A DNA stretch of 64,000 bases from Deltaproteobacteria bacterium (GTDB taxonomy: Bacteria > Myxococcota_A > Polyangia > Fen-1088). The translations under genes and the position numbers were made by a program. Below are positions 30,646-40,519 of the stretch, piece after piece; within the stretch, counting starts at the first letter, position 1; every line of letters starts with the position of its first letter. Below the pieces are notes generated by a model. It saw only the letters and a program-made list of their open reading frames with translations. It was not told the origin of the DNA and did no database searches. The DNA is taken from NCBI GenBank assembly GCA_033763315.1, contig JANRKS010000035.1, forward strand, positions 128,001 through 192,000. The letters run 5' to 3'.

Positions 30646-31694
30646 ACCACAAAATCGAACACGCCATCGCCCACGTTCGCGCCACGAACGATGCCGCCGC
30701 GGCAGCCACACAAGCGCTCTTGAACGCCAAAACAAAACCACCCGGCAGTCTGGGTGAGCTTGAAGGGTTGGCTTGTCGTTTGGCAGCCATCACGGGCAAA
30801 TCGCCGCCGCCACGCTTGACCAAAGCGGTGGTGGTCATGGGCGCCGATCACGGCGTCACCGACGAAGGCATCAGCGCTTATCCAGCCGAAGTCACAGCGC
30901 AGATGTTGGCGAACTTCGCCGCCGGAGGCGCCGCCATCAACGTCTTGGGTCGCCAAGCCGGTGCCACCGTATTGGTGGTGGACATGGGATCGCGTGTGCC
31001 ACCGCCCGATGGCACCGTCCTTAGCAAGCGCATCGGCCCGGGCACGCGGAATTTTGCGCACGAGCCGGCGATGACCGAAGCGCAAGCTGAGGACGCCATC
31101 CTTGCCGGCATAGAAGTGGCGCGCGGCTTGATCAGCGAAGGCGTCAATCTGATCGCGCTCGGCGAGATGGGCATCGGCAACACCACCAGTGCCTCTGCGT
31201 TGTGCGCGGCCTTGTTAAAGGTGCCGCCCGCCGAAGTCACGGGGCGTGGGACGGGCATCGACGATCACACCTTGGCGCATAAGGTGGCCGTGATCGAAAG
31301 CGCGTTGGTGCGGCACACGCCGCACGCGCAAACGCCGCTGCAAACGCTGGCCGCGTTCGGTGGCTTCGAAATCGCGGGGTTGGTGGGTGTTTGCTTGGCT
31401 GGCGCTGCCGCGCGTGTGCCGGTGTTGCTTGATGGCTTCATCACAAGCGTCGCCGCCTTGGTGGCAGTGCGCCTGTGCCCGCTCGTGCAGCAGCACTTGG
31501 TGGCGTCACACCGCTCGGTTGAGATCGGCCACGCCGCCGTGTGCAAAGCGCTGCAGCTCACGCCACTTTTTGATCTGCAAATGCGCTTGGGCGAAGGCTC
31601 GGGGGCCGCCTTGGCGATGCCAATGCTCGACGCCGCGGTGGCCATCGTGCACGAGATGGCCACCTTCGCGTCCGCGGGCGTCTCAAGCCATTGA
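30642..31694 (+). CDS. cobT: Nicotinate-nucleotide--dimethylbenzimidazole phosphoribosyltransferase
   Basis: KTKPPGSLGELE, ADHGV, GEMGIGNTT, RLGEGSGA. Confidence 0.96.
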   Translation: MNHKIEHAIAHVRATNDAAAAATQALLNAKTKPPGSLGELEGLACRLAAITGKSPPPRLTKAVVVMGADHGVTDEGISAYPAEVTAQMLANFAAGGAAINVLGRQAGATVLVVDMGSRVPPPDGTVLSKRIGPGTRNFAHEPAMTEAQAEDAILAGIEVARGLISEGVNLIALGEMGIGNTTSASALCAALLKVPPAEVTGRGTGIDDHTLAHKVAVIESALVRHTPHAQTPLQTLAAFGGFEIAGLVGVCLAGAAARVPVLLDGFITSVAALVAVRLCPLVQQHLVASHRSVEIGHAAVCKALQLTPLFDLQMRLGEGSGAALAMPMLDAAVAIVHEMATFASAGVSSH

Positions 31695-31697
31695 GCC

Positions 31698-32420
31698 ATG
31701 TGGCATTCGTTCATCACCGCGTTCAGCTTTTTATCGCGGGTGCCCGTGCCACAGGTGACTGTGAACAACCGCACCTTGGGCGGCGCCGTGGCGTTCTTTC
31801 CGTTGGTGGGTCTGGTGATAGGTGGTTTGTTGTTTGGCGTCGCCACGTTGGCCACGCCGTTCGTTTCGCCGCTGGGCACGGCATTTTTGATCACGGGGAT
31901 GTGGGCGTGGCTCACAGGCGGACTGCACTTGGACGGGCTGGCCGATACATTCGACGGCCTAAGTGGCGGCCGCGGCGACCGGGCGCGCACGCTTGAGATC
32001 ATGCGCGACAGCCGCATTGGCACGCACGGCGCCGTGGCGTTGGTGCTGCTTTTGATCGGCAAGGTCACCTTCACGGCTGAGCTTGTGGGCACGCAGGCAC
32101 AAGTGTTGTGCCTTGTTCCGGCGGCCGCACGCGCCGCGGTGGTGCCCGCCATCGCGTGCTTCCCCTACGCGCGGCCCGACGGATTAGGCCGTGCCATGCG
32201 CGACAATGCACAGCGAAGTGGCATCCTCATTTCACAGCTGTTCTTGCTCGCCACGCTGCTGTGGGTGGGGTTCGAACAATGGCCACGCGTGGCGGCGGCC
32301 TTCATCGCCACGGCCGCGACCAGCCTGTGGCTTTCACGCAAACTGGGTGGCCTCACGGGCGACACCTACGGCGCCTGCATCGAATTGGCCGAACTGGCCG
32401 CGCTAGCGTTCGCAATCTAG
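31698..32420 (+). CDS. cobS: Adenosylcobinamide-GDP ribazoletransferase (cobalamin synthase)
   Basis: TGGLHLDGLADTFDG, IMRDSRIG, GGLTGDTYGA. Confidence 0.95.
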   Translation: MWHSFITAFSFLSRVPVPQVTVNNRTLGGAVAFFPLVGLVIGGLLFGVATLATPFVSPLGTAFLITGMWAWLTGGLHLDGLADTFDGLSGGRGDRARTLEIMRDSRIGTHGAVALVLLLIGKVTFTAELVGTQAQVLCLVPAAARAAVVPAIACFPYARPDGLGRAMRDNAQRSGILISQLFLLATLLWVGFEQWPRVAAAFIATAATSLWLSRKLGGLTGDTYGACIELAELAALAFAI

Positions 32421-33461
32421 CGTCAGCGGCACCGGCGTGCCCATGTCGATCACGTCAAAATCCTTGGGACGAATGGCTTGTAGATCGCGAGAGCCCAGCA
32501 GGCCTTCCCACTTCGCCTTCGTGTGCCGATCGCTTTGCGCGGTGAGGGCTACGTTTCCTCCATCGGCCAACAACATGCCGTATTTCTGCAAGGCCTTCGC
32601 CACCGTGCGTGCCCCGGCCGTGGGCAGCATATCAAGGGGATAGTCGCTGCGCAGACGCAGACGGACGCCATACGGCGGCGCTTGCATGGGGCCGGTGGTT
32701 GCGCGTGTGCCGTGCGTGGCTGGCCTGACGTACTGGCCCTGTCGAATGCGTTCATTGGGCAAGATGAAACGAATGGCGTGTGCCACTTCACCCGCTGCCA
32801 CTTCATCTGCGTTGAACAGCAGCGGTGCGATCGGAAAGCCTGCGGCGTCGGCGCTTGAACATTGATCGCCACGCCCCGTCGCGGGGTAAACCTTCGTTAG
32901 ATCCCATACGGCCAAACACCCGCCGCGAAACGCGCCTTCAGTGACATGCGCGCGCCACATCTCGAACAACTTCTGGCCCGGCTCGTCCCATACAAGCAAG
33001 TGGCAGTCACCGTCGGGATCGGACGCACACGCATAGCCGTTGTTGCCTTCGATGTTGCCACCCGCGGGCAACGGCACCGGCACATTGTCGCAATCGGGGG
33101 TGAAGAAATCTTTGGTTGGCGTGAACGCACGGCGAGGTGTGTTTGCATCCGCCCGCAGAAGCTCAATGCCAAAATCGATTTGAAAACGGCCGAGGCCAAA
33201 GCCCTGGGCGTCAAGCCACGCAATGATGTTGGCGCTCTGGGGATCCTTGGCCGCACCTGATACGTCCCTCGTCCACGGGTTGCCGGACGGGAAGAAGTGC
33301 GCGGGCCCGGGCGTTGGGTTCATGCCTGCCGTTTGACCCGCTTGCGCGCCGCTTTTCCCTGCGCCGCCGCCGGCAGCCCCTGCCATGCCACCTGAACTTT
33401 CCCCGCCGTCACCGCTGCCACAGGCACACATCAACAACACGGCACACACGAGGCGCTTCAT
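32403..33461 (-). CDS. Conserved-looking hypothetical lipoprotein
   Basis: MKRLVCAVLLMCAC signal and lipobox, Gly linker, enzyme-like core (GDCHLLV, SADAAGFP, KYGMLLADGG). Confidence 0.7.
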   Translation of the reverse strand: MKRLVCAVLLMCACGSGDGGESSGGMAGAAGGGAGKSGAQAGQTAGMNPTPGPAHFFPSGNPWTRDVSGAAKDPQSANIIAWLDAQGFGLGRFQIDFGIELLRADANTPRRAFTPTKDFFTPDCDNVPVPLPAGGNIEGNNGYACASDPDGDCHLLVWDEPGQKLFEMWRAHVTEGAFRGGCLAVWDLTKVYPATGRGDQCSSADAAGFPIAPLLFNADEVAAGEVAHAIRFILPNERIRQGQYVRPATHGTRATTGPMQAPPYGVRLRLRSDYPLDMLPTAGARTVAKALQKYGMLLADGGNVALTAQSDRHTKAKWEGLLGSRDLQAIRPKDFDVIDMGTPVPLTLDCER

Positions 33462-33528
33462 GAATTGCTTATCGTATGGTCTGGCTGATCTCTTCAGTAT
33501 CGCGGCAGCGCATCGAATGGCCCGCGCG

Positions 33529-34812
33529 TCAGCCCCGTTGCGCCGAACGTAGCTCCTTGAGGCCCACGGTGCCTGCCACCCAGATCGGCAGAAAAAATAG
33601 GATAAACGGCAAGTTGTCTTGCTGAAACCAGGGCAGCACCTTGAGCGCCAAGCCCAGCAGCGAGGCATACATGGCCCACGTGAACAGCCGCTGTGCCCGC
33701 CGGTAAGCGCGCGCTTTGCCACGTGCCACGCCCACACCCAGCATAACCAAACCGAACAACCACAGGGGCGTTTGCAAGATGTTCTCATTGCCTTGGCTGC
33801 TGGTGTGGTTTGTGCCAAGCCACACAAACAGCAGAAAAGCGCCCAGGAACCCAAACACCAACCCGCCGAACGACAGCATTAAACCCAACACCACTCGGCA
33901 AAACACCGAGTTGACGGCCAGCCGGGCGCAAACGTAAAGCGCAAGCGCGCACAGCAGCCCCGCCAGGACGAACCATTTTGTGCGCGCTGGTGGCACTTCC
34001 GCTGGTGGCACGCGGCCAGGCGCGGGGAACAGCACACGTTCGTTTTTCACAAGCGGCACCAAGGCACCGTCGCGCTGCACTTTCACTTCGCGCAACGCCC
34101 GTTGCAACACTTGCGGCACAAACGTTTCCTGCCAACGGTTCGGTGCAAAATCCGTGTGGCCCGACAAGGCAAAGTGAAGGCCCACGTATTCCCACGTCAC
34201 GCCTTCCACCAGCCGCAAGGCGTGCTGCCTGAACGTTTGCCGCCCAGGCTGCGCCTGCAAAGCCGTTTTCAGCGCGCCCGAAACGCTGCCATCAATGGCG
34301 TCGCGCACGCGCGTGGAACAATTGTCCGTGAAGTAATCGTAAAGATACTCGCGGTTCTCGGGGCGCGCGTTGATTTGCAGACGGTGCTGCAGATCGAAGG
34401 CCTGCGCCTCCGTCAAGTTAAGCTCCTGCGCCTCGATGGTCCGGTTCGAACTCGTGTAACTCCACAATGTATCTTCGATGGAAGCCACTGAAAGCCAGTA
34501 ATAAAAACGGCCTTGAATGAACTTGGGAATCAGCGCGGGGTTGTCGAAAGCGAAGGTGCCAAAGTTGTATACGGCGCCGCCGCCGGTGGGTGGTTCGATC
34601 CAAATGGCATTGTGGCCAAACTTGAAGAACGCGTGATCGCCAGGGCCGAAGGTCAGCACGTAAACCCGGGGCGCGGGTTGCGCGTGCGCGGGGGCCGCAA
34701 GCCACACGAGACCACAAATCGCCAGCCAAGCCACAAGCAAAACACGCTGGATGCCGCGATGGCAAAAGCTTCGGCTGACTGCAAAACGGCGCATGAGCGC
34801 GAAAGCTAGCAC
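33529..34812 (-). CDS. DUF4105 / Lnb-like protein (periplasmic Cys-His domain plus C-terminal TM helices)
   Basis: LTFGPG...FGHNAI, YNFGTF, YLYDYFTDNCSTRVRD, four C-terminal TMs. Confidence 0.8.
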   Translation of the reverse strand: MLAFALMRRFAVSRSFCHRGIQRVLLVAWLAICGLVWLAAPAHAQPAPRVYVLTFGPGDHAFFKFGHNAIWIEPPTGGGAVYNFGTFAFDNPALIPKFIQGRFYYWLSVASIEDTLWSYTSSNRTIEAQELNLTEAQAFDLQHRLQINARPENREYLYDYFTDNCSTRVRDAIDGSVSGALKTALQAQPGRQTFRQHALRLVEGVTWEYVGLHFALSGHTDFAPNRWQETFVPQVLQRALREVKVQRDGALVPLVKNERVLFPAPGRVPPAEVPPARTKWFVLAGLLCALALYVCARLAVNSVFCRVVLGLMLSFGGLVFGFLGAFLLFVWLGTNHTSSQGNENILQTPLWLFGLVMLGVGVARGKARAYRRAQRLFTWAMYASLLGLALKVLPWFQQDNLPFILFFLPIWVAGTVGLKELRSAQRG

Positions 34813-34823
34813 GGACTCGCCGC

Positions 34824-35615
34824 CTATTGGGCGGGAACGAACTGCACCTCAAACAACTTCGGCCAGTTCTTGCCGGTGAGGAGAAACCGCTTGGTTTGCG
34901 GCACGTACGCGATGCCATTGAGGACATCGGTGCCGCGCCGGTCCGCGGGCGTCAGGAGGTTGGAGGCGTCGATCCATCCGGTGACGTTGCCCGTTTCGGG
35001 ATCGATCCGCGCGATGTAATCGTATTGCCAGATGTTGGCGAAAACCTGCCCGTCCACGCACTCAAGTTCATTCAAATTCCGCACGGGCGTGCCTTCCTTG
35101 CGAACCTCCACGTGGCCTGTCTCGGCAAAGGTTTTTGGATCCCGAAACGTCAAGCGGTCAGAGCCGTCACTCATCACCAAGCGGGTGCCATCAAAACACA
35201 GGCCCCACCCTTCGCCCGTGTAATCAAGCTGCTTGATCGGCTTGAGCGTCATCAGATCCCAATAGAGCGCTTTGCCATTTTTCCACGTCAACTGAATCAG
35301 CTCGCCGTTGACGTCCGCCAGGCCTTCGCCAAACAAATCAGCCGACACTGAGGTGACCAGCTCCACCACTCCCGTTTGCGGATCGGAGCGACGCACGCCT
35401 GATTGCCCGAAAAGGCCGGTGCTTTCAAACAGCTTGCCGCGATACCAAAGCAGCCCTTGCGTGAACGCCCCGGGATCATGCGGGTGCTCGGCCAGCACTT
35501 TGACTTTGAACGCCGTAAGCCCCTCGACAACAGCGGGCGCCTGCCTTTGGCAACCAGCGACGAGCGAGATCACACAAACAGCTGCCAGCGCACCACGCAG
35601 GGCCACCACGCGCAT
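34824..35615 (-). CDS. Glutaminyl-peptide cyclotransferase (lipoprotein)
   Basis: PHDPGAFTQGL, ESTG, FGEG, LTWK, GEGWG, NELE, DVLNGIA. Confidence 0.93.
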   Translation of the reverse strand: MRVVALRGALAAVCVISLVAGCQRQAPAVVEGLTAFKVKVLAEHPHDPGAFTQGLLWYRGKLFESTGLFGQSGVRRSDPQTGVVELVTSVSADLFGEGLADVNGELIQLTWKNGKALYWDLMTLKPIKQLDYTGEGWGLCFDGTRLVMSDGSDRLTFRDPKTFAETGHVEVRKEGTPVRNLNELECVDGQVFANIWQYDYIARIDPETGNVTGWIDASNLLTPADRRGTDVLNGIAYVPQTKRFLLTGKNWPKLFEVQFVPAQ

Positions 35616-35618
35616 GGG

Positions 35619-36290
35619 CTAGCTTTCGCTGAAATCGAGACGATAGATCTCGTCCATGTTGTCGGTGTTGTTGAGGTTCACACCGAGATCCTTGATCAGA
35701 CCGTCAGCCACGTCATAGACCCACCCGTGGATGACTGGCGCGCCCCGCTCTTGCCAAGCCTTTTGGATGATGGTGGTCTTCGACAAGTTATAGACCTGTT
35801 CCACCACGTTCAACTCGACCATGCGGTTTTCAACGTCCTTCGGATTGACGTAGGCCCGCAAGGATTCGCGGTGAATGCGGTAAACGTCCTTAATGTTGCG
35901 CAACCACTTGTTTAACAGCCCGTAGGATCGCTGGTTCAAAGCGGCGGCCACGCCTCCGCAGCCGTAATGGCCGCACACGATGATGTCTTCCACCTTCAGA
36001 ACGTGCACGGCGTACTCAAGCACCGACATCAAGTTGAGATCGGTGTGGACCACCATATTCGCCACGTTGCGGTGAACGAAGATTTCGCCTGGCAAGGTGT
36101 CGGTGATCTCATTGGCAGGCACGCGGCTATCAGAGCATCCGACCCACAATGTCTTGGGCCCCTGCCCTTTGGCCAGGCGTTTGAAGAACTCTGGATCTTG
36201 CTCAAGCTGCCTGGCCACGAAGCGGCGGTTGCCGTCGAGCAATCGCTGGTAGGTGGCCTGCGGCGGTTTGGGGTTCTCGGCGTCAGACAT
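35619..36290 (-). CDS. can: Beta-class carbonic anhydrase
   Basis: GCSDSRV, FVHRNVAN, CGHYGCGG zinc ligands. Confidence 0.95.
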   Translation of the reverse strand: MSDAENPKPPQATYQRLLDGNRRFVARQLEQDPEFFKRLAKGQGPKTLWVGCSDSRVPANEITDTLPGEIFVHRNVANMVVHTDLNLMSVLEYAVHVLKVEDIIVCGHYGCGGVAAALNQRSYGLLNKWLRNIKDVYRIHRESLRAYVNPKDVENRMVELNVVEQVYNLSKTTIIQKAWQERGAPVIHGWVYDVADGLIKDLGVNLNNTDNMDEIYRLDFSES

Positions 36291-36315
36291 GGGCGCTCCC
36301 TATAGCGCCCGCAGC

Positions 36316-37059
36316 CTAGAAATGCACGGCCACACCCAGACGGGAATGCGCCCGCTTGCGCTCAAGCCCGCCCAAAGGCAACGTTTCGGCAGGAATATCG
36401 CCCTCGGGCACGCTGCGCAATTTGGCCTCAAATGAGAAATCGGGCGCCAGCGTGTAGCCACCTTCAACGTAAACGGAGAACGCCAGGGCCCGGCCACCGG
36501 TCCACCAACGTTTGGGCTGGGTCACAAACCGCAGGCCCGCCGCCCCTGTGCCATAAAGCACGCTGTCGGACGCCCGCAGATTTGAGCTGCCAACGCCATA
36601 AAGGTTGATCTCGGCCGTGCTTCGCCCACCCGTCACTTGCACATAGGGATGCAAGTAACGATACACAGTCACGTCCAGCATGAGCCCAGCGCCCAACGAG
36701 CTGGATTCGTACTTTGTCGTCCCTTCAAACGTGCCGCCGCGGCTGTCTTCACCGGCAATTTCGATGCGCCCCGAGAGCCCCACGCGCCCGGGCGCCCAAA
36801 ACCGAAACATCGCCGCCGCGCCGCCGCCGCCGATGTCGCGATCGCTCGACACCAGGCGGTAGGCGTTGTCTTTCACGAACGCCGTGTTGCCAAACAGCTC
36901 CAAGCTCAAGCGTGGCGGTGTGATGGGATCTTCGGGCACCTCTTGCAACGTCCGCACGTGTGGGCTTGGACGCCATGTGTTTGCCGCGTGGGCCATGCCA
37001 GCGCCACAAACACCGGCCGCAGCCACACAAAACACGCCGGTCAGGTGAATCATTTTCAT
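36316..37059 (-). CDS. Probable outer-membrane beta-barrel protein
   Basis: Signal peptide (AHA), amphipathic beta-strands, C-terminal Phe (LGVAVHF). Confidence 0.65.
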   Translation of the reverse strand: MKMIHLTGVFCVAAAGVCGAGMAHAANTWRPSPHVRTLQEVPEDPITPPRLSLELFGNTAFVKDNAYRLVSSDRDIGGGGAAAMFRFWAPGRVGLSGRIEIAGEDSRGGTFEGTTKYESSSLGAGLMLDVTVYRYLHPYVQVTGGRSTAEINLYGVGSSNLRASDSVLYGTGAAGLRFVTQPKRWWTGGRALAFSVYVEGGYTLAPDFSFEAKLRSVPEGDIPAETLPLGGLERKRAHSRLGVAVHF

Positions 37060-38702
37060 GGGACATTCCTTTCGGTACGCGACAACAGATCCGTGGCCAC
37101 GAACCCGCGGATTGATTTGGCTGTCTCTCGGGTGGGCGTCGCTGCGTTCATCACGGTGACGTAGCCGCCGTTATCGGCATGCACCACGAGAAGCCGCGAC
37201 ACCATGTCGGGTTCTAACGCTGCCGGCGTCACCAGCACTTCCGTGGCCGGAGCGTCGAGGCGGATGTCACTGACGCCCAGCCTGCCAGGCACCAAAGTCA
37301 AAAGGCCGAGCCGTTCGCTGGGGGTCAACATGTAAAGCGTGCTTGGCGTCGCGCCGCTGGCACGCAAGCCACCAATGCCCACGTCACTTCTGATCGGCGA
37401 AACGGTGCGCGCCGCCAAATCCAAAACGGTCAACGACCGATCCATGTGTTGTAAAACGGCAAGACCTTGCGCAGGGAACGGCGACAGTCCGGTGGCGGGT
37501 GCGGTTAGATTCACAACTTCAAGGTTGCGCGTCTTCAGCGATTCGAGCTTAAGCAGGTCTACAAAGGTGGCCTTCGATGCCTTGCTCGGCAGCAAAAGCG
37601 CCTGCGGCGTTGGTTCCCCTGCACCCGGGCCCGCCACAGGTGTCCATACAGAAAGCCAACCCACTTCGTGCTCAATGGGGATCTGCACGGTCCGGCTTGA
37701 AACGGGGTCGATCACAAACAGTGCCTTATCGGCGCCGGCCACCAACAAGCGCGTGCCCTCACCGGCGTTGTACAGCACCATGCTGGAAGGGCTCGTGCCC
37801 GCGGCCAGCTGGCTCAACACCGCGCGAAAGTCATTCTTGGCCACGGCCGTTGCGGCTTCATCAAGGGGTGCAAAGCGCACCGAAAAAATGTCCGATCCGC
37901 CGCTCACGCGGATAAACACGCCTGGGCCCACCACGTCCCATTCCACCTGCACAGGGAACAGCGTTCGCCCGTCTTCAGGCAACGTTAAAGGAATGCTGAT
38001 CTCTTCACGGTTTTCCGCTTGTCCGTGCAGCAAATCCAGCAACGTGACGTAGTTCTTTGACCGCACCAACACCAAGGGGCGTGGCTGCTTGAGCGCCAAC
38101 ACCGGCGAAAAATCGATCGCGGTGGGCACGCCGCCAAGGCTCGGAACCGTCAAGGTGCGGGGTGCAATTGTAGGCGTGCTCAAATTCACGAGCGCCATCT
38201 GGTTTGGGTTGAACGCCACCTCTCCCGCTTTCGCGTTTGTTTCGGCGAAGAACAACATCACGAACGTGCCGTCCGCGCTTTGCGCGAAGCTTGTGTAACG
38301 CGCGTCCAGGGGAACCTTCACCGGCACCCCGCCCGCTGCAGGCAACACCCACAACGCGGGCGGCTCGTCTTTGACGTCGCGGGTGCCCACCAAACCGCGG
38401 CTGAGCACCAGCAGTTCGTCTTTGCCGTTGCGCTTTTCGTATTTCGCAACGGTGTGCCCCACCTCAATCGGCCGCGCGTGCGGCGTGCCCAAGTGTGCAT
38501 CCACCATAAACGCTGTGCCGTGCGTGGCGTCCACGAAGGCCAACGCACTGTCGAGCGGCACGGCCTTAAGGTCAGAGCGTGCACCCCAGCCCTGGGATTC
38601 ATCGCTGGTGTCGAAATCGCCACCGCACGCGCCCACATGCGCAGCGCCAAGCAACGCGAACGCCGTCAGCACATGCCTACGAGTCAAACCACCGGGTTTC
38701 AT
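37056..38702 (-). CDS. Hypothetical lipoprotein, probable beta-propeller
   Basis: TRRHVL signal, lipobox VGAC, repeated short beta-strand blades. Confidence 0.65.
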   Translation of the reverse strand: MKPGGLTRRHVLTAFALLGAAHVGACGGDFDTSDESQGWGARSDLKAVPLDSALAFVDATHGTAFMVDAHLGTPHARPIEVGHTVAKYEKRNGKDELLVLSRGLVGTRDVKDEPPALWVLPAAGGVPVKVPLDARYTSFAQSADGTFVMLFFAETNAKAGEVAFNPNQMALVNLSTPTIAPRTLTVPSLGGVPTAIDFSPVLALKQPRPLVLVRSKNYVTLLDLLHGQAENREEISIPLTLPEDGRTLFPVQVEWDVVGPGVFIRVSGGSDIFSVRFAPLDEAATAVAKNDFRAVLSQLAAGTSPSSMVLYNAGEGTRLLVAGADKALFVIDPVSSRTVQIPIEHEVGWLSVWTPVAGPGAGEPTPQALLLPSKASKATFVDLLKLESLKTRNLEVVNLTAPATGLSPFPAQGLAVLQHMDRSLTVLDLAARTVSPIRSDVGIGGLRASGATPSTLYMLTPSERLGLLTLVPGRLGVSDIRLDAPATEVLVTPAALEPDMVSRLLVVHADNGGYVTVMNAATPTRETAKSIRGFVATDLLSRTERNVP

Positions 38703-40372
38703 TATTTGATGCCTCCGTTAAGCTCGAATCCGGTCACCGACTCAACGGCCCCCGTTTTCCAATCAATGAAGCTCAAGCGCCCTGCAGGATGCACTTGGCT
38801 CACAAACAAACGGCTCGTGCCCGAGAGCACCGCCAATGAAAGCGGCGGGCTGCCCATCACGTAATCCGTCACCACCAAGCTGGTCAGATCCACTTGCTGG
38901 GTAAGCCGCAGGTCGCGCGCGTCGTCGCGCAGCAACAAGAAGGCGAGGCTTGAATCGGTGGCAATTGCCAAGGGCCCCGGGTCAGCGTTGGTCAGTTGCA
39001 GCTTGGAAAAGCCGTCGGCCAGTTTGACCACCGAGTAGCCATATGAGCGATCAATCTTGGTATCAAGATCAATGCCTGCCGCGTTCGGATCGCCTGGCAG
39101 TTTGGCGTGCAACACCAGGGCCACCGCACTGTTGGGTGAGATCGCCACCGCTCGCACAGTCTTGCGCAGTTGCACAGGGCGACCGGGATTGACGCCATCG
39201 ATGGACGCCACAACGGCGCGCTCGATGTTGCCGACTGTGGTGTAGAGCAACGCTGATTTTCCATCAGGCGTCAACACGGCAGAGCCCACCTTCTCCGCTT
39301 CAAACGTTTGCACGATGCGCGCGGCCTCGCTGGTAAAACCAAGCGGCAAGGGCAACGTCACCATCTTGCTCACGTCACGCAGCATCGCCACTGCCACGAG
39401 GCCGTTGGGCGACAGATCTAGATCAGTGACGGGTGAGCCCAGATCAACCGTGGTAGCAACGGCCGTACTCAAATCAACCAGCGACACAAGACCCGTGCCG
39501 TCCTTGCGCGCCAATGCGTATTTGCCATCAGGCGTGATCGATACGTCGCTGGCGCCCATCGCGGACACGGGGCCCAGCGGCACAAGCGGAGCCACCGTGG
39601 GGCCTGTGACTTGTGCGAAGCGAATGATCGACACGCCGTCCTCGTTGATGACGAACGCTGAAGTGTTGTCTGCCGAAAACGCGACGCCATTGGGACGGAA
39701 GCCAACCGTCAACGGCACAGACGCATCCACGGCCGTCGCGTTCTGCGCCGATGCAAGCCGGATGAGGTGCACGTCTTGAAAGCTGCCCGTGGCCCCGCCA
39801 ATGCCACCATCAATGCGGCTGTCGTACCAGGCGATCGCGAAGGCACCGTTGGGCGACAGCGAGAGGCGGTTTGCCCCCGCGCCCACCGGCACCGTGCTTA
39901 CCACTGAACCGGCAGGCGTGGTGCGCACGATGCTGGCGTCGTTTGAACCGGCGTTGATCACCAACGCCACATCGCTGCCAGGCACCGTTGCCAAAAAAGA
40001 TGGCTTGTCCCCCACGTCCACCGTTCGAATCGAAAGGTTGGTGGAGTCGATCACGGCCACAGTGTCGCGCCGGGGGTTGGCCGCAAACACGTAGCGGGCG
40101 CCCGCGCGGGGCACTTCAAGCTCCACCTGCACTTCCGTTTCGGGGGGAAGCGGGGCGCCGGCGGTTCCACCGCTGCCTTCGTTGCTGACGCCAGCGTCGG
40201 CGTTTTGACCTGCTGGCGCGCCGCTGTTGCCCCCAAAGTTGTCGTTAAAACCACCCCTGCCATCGCCACTGGCGCTGTCAGCCTCGCCACTGCATCCGGC
40301 AAACAGCCCGGCCAAGGCCGCGGCGCCCATCCAGCCTAAGCTGGCACGTCTTTTCTGGCTTATGAACTTCAT
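38702..40372 (-). CDS. Lipoprotein with YVTN/YncE-like beta-propeller
   Basis: Lipobox FAGC; repeats VAVID...VDVGDKP, SPNG, TPDGK. Confidence 0.72.
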   Translation of the reverse strand: MKFISQKRRASLGWMGAAALAGLFAGCSGEADSASGDGRGGFNDNFGGNSGAPAGQNADAGVSNEGSGGTAGAPLPPETEVQVELEVPRAGARYVFAANPRRDTVAVIDSTNLSIRTVDVGDKPSFLATVPGSDVALVINAGSNDASIVRTTPAGSVVSTVPVGAGANRLSLSPNGAFAIAWYDSRIDGGIGGATGSFQDVHLIRLASAQNATAVDASVPLTVGFRPNGVAFSADNTSAFVINEDGVSIIRFAQVTGPTVAPLVPLGPVSAMGASDVSITPDGKYALARKDGTGLVSLVDLSTAVATTVDLGSPVTDLDLSPNGLVAVAMLRDVSKMVTLPLPLGFTSEAARIVQTFEAEKVGSAVLTPDGKSALLYTTVGNIERAVVASIDGVNPGRPVQLRKTVRAVAISPNSAVALVLHAKLPGDPNAAGIDLDTKIDRSYGYSVVKLADGFSKLQLTNADPGPLAIATDSSLAFLLLRDDARDLRLTQQVDLTSLVVTDYVMGSPPLSLAVLSGTSRLFVSQVHPAGRLSFIDWKTGAVESVTGFELNGGIK

Positions 40373-40519
40373 GACAAAGCCACTTTACAGCAAGGGCCGT
40401 GCCGGGCCCGTTGAGGCCGCTTTTCCCTCAGATTTCGCGCAGATAAAGCGAAGGCCCCGCAAAACCGCGACAGGCTTGTCGTGATCTTGTCGGGGCCTGT
40501 TGAGCGCCGCTGGTGTTCG

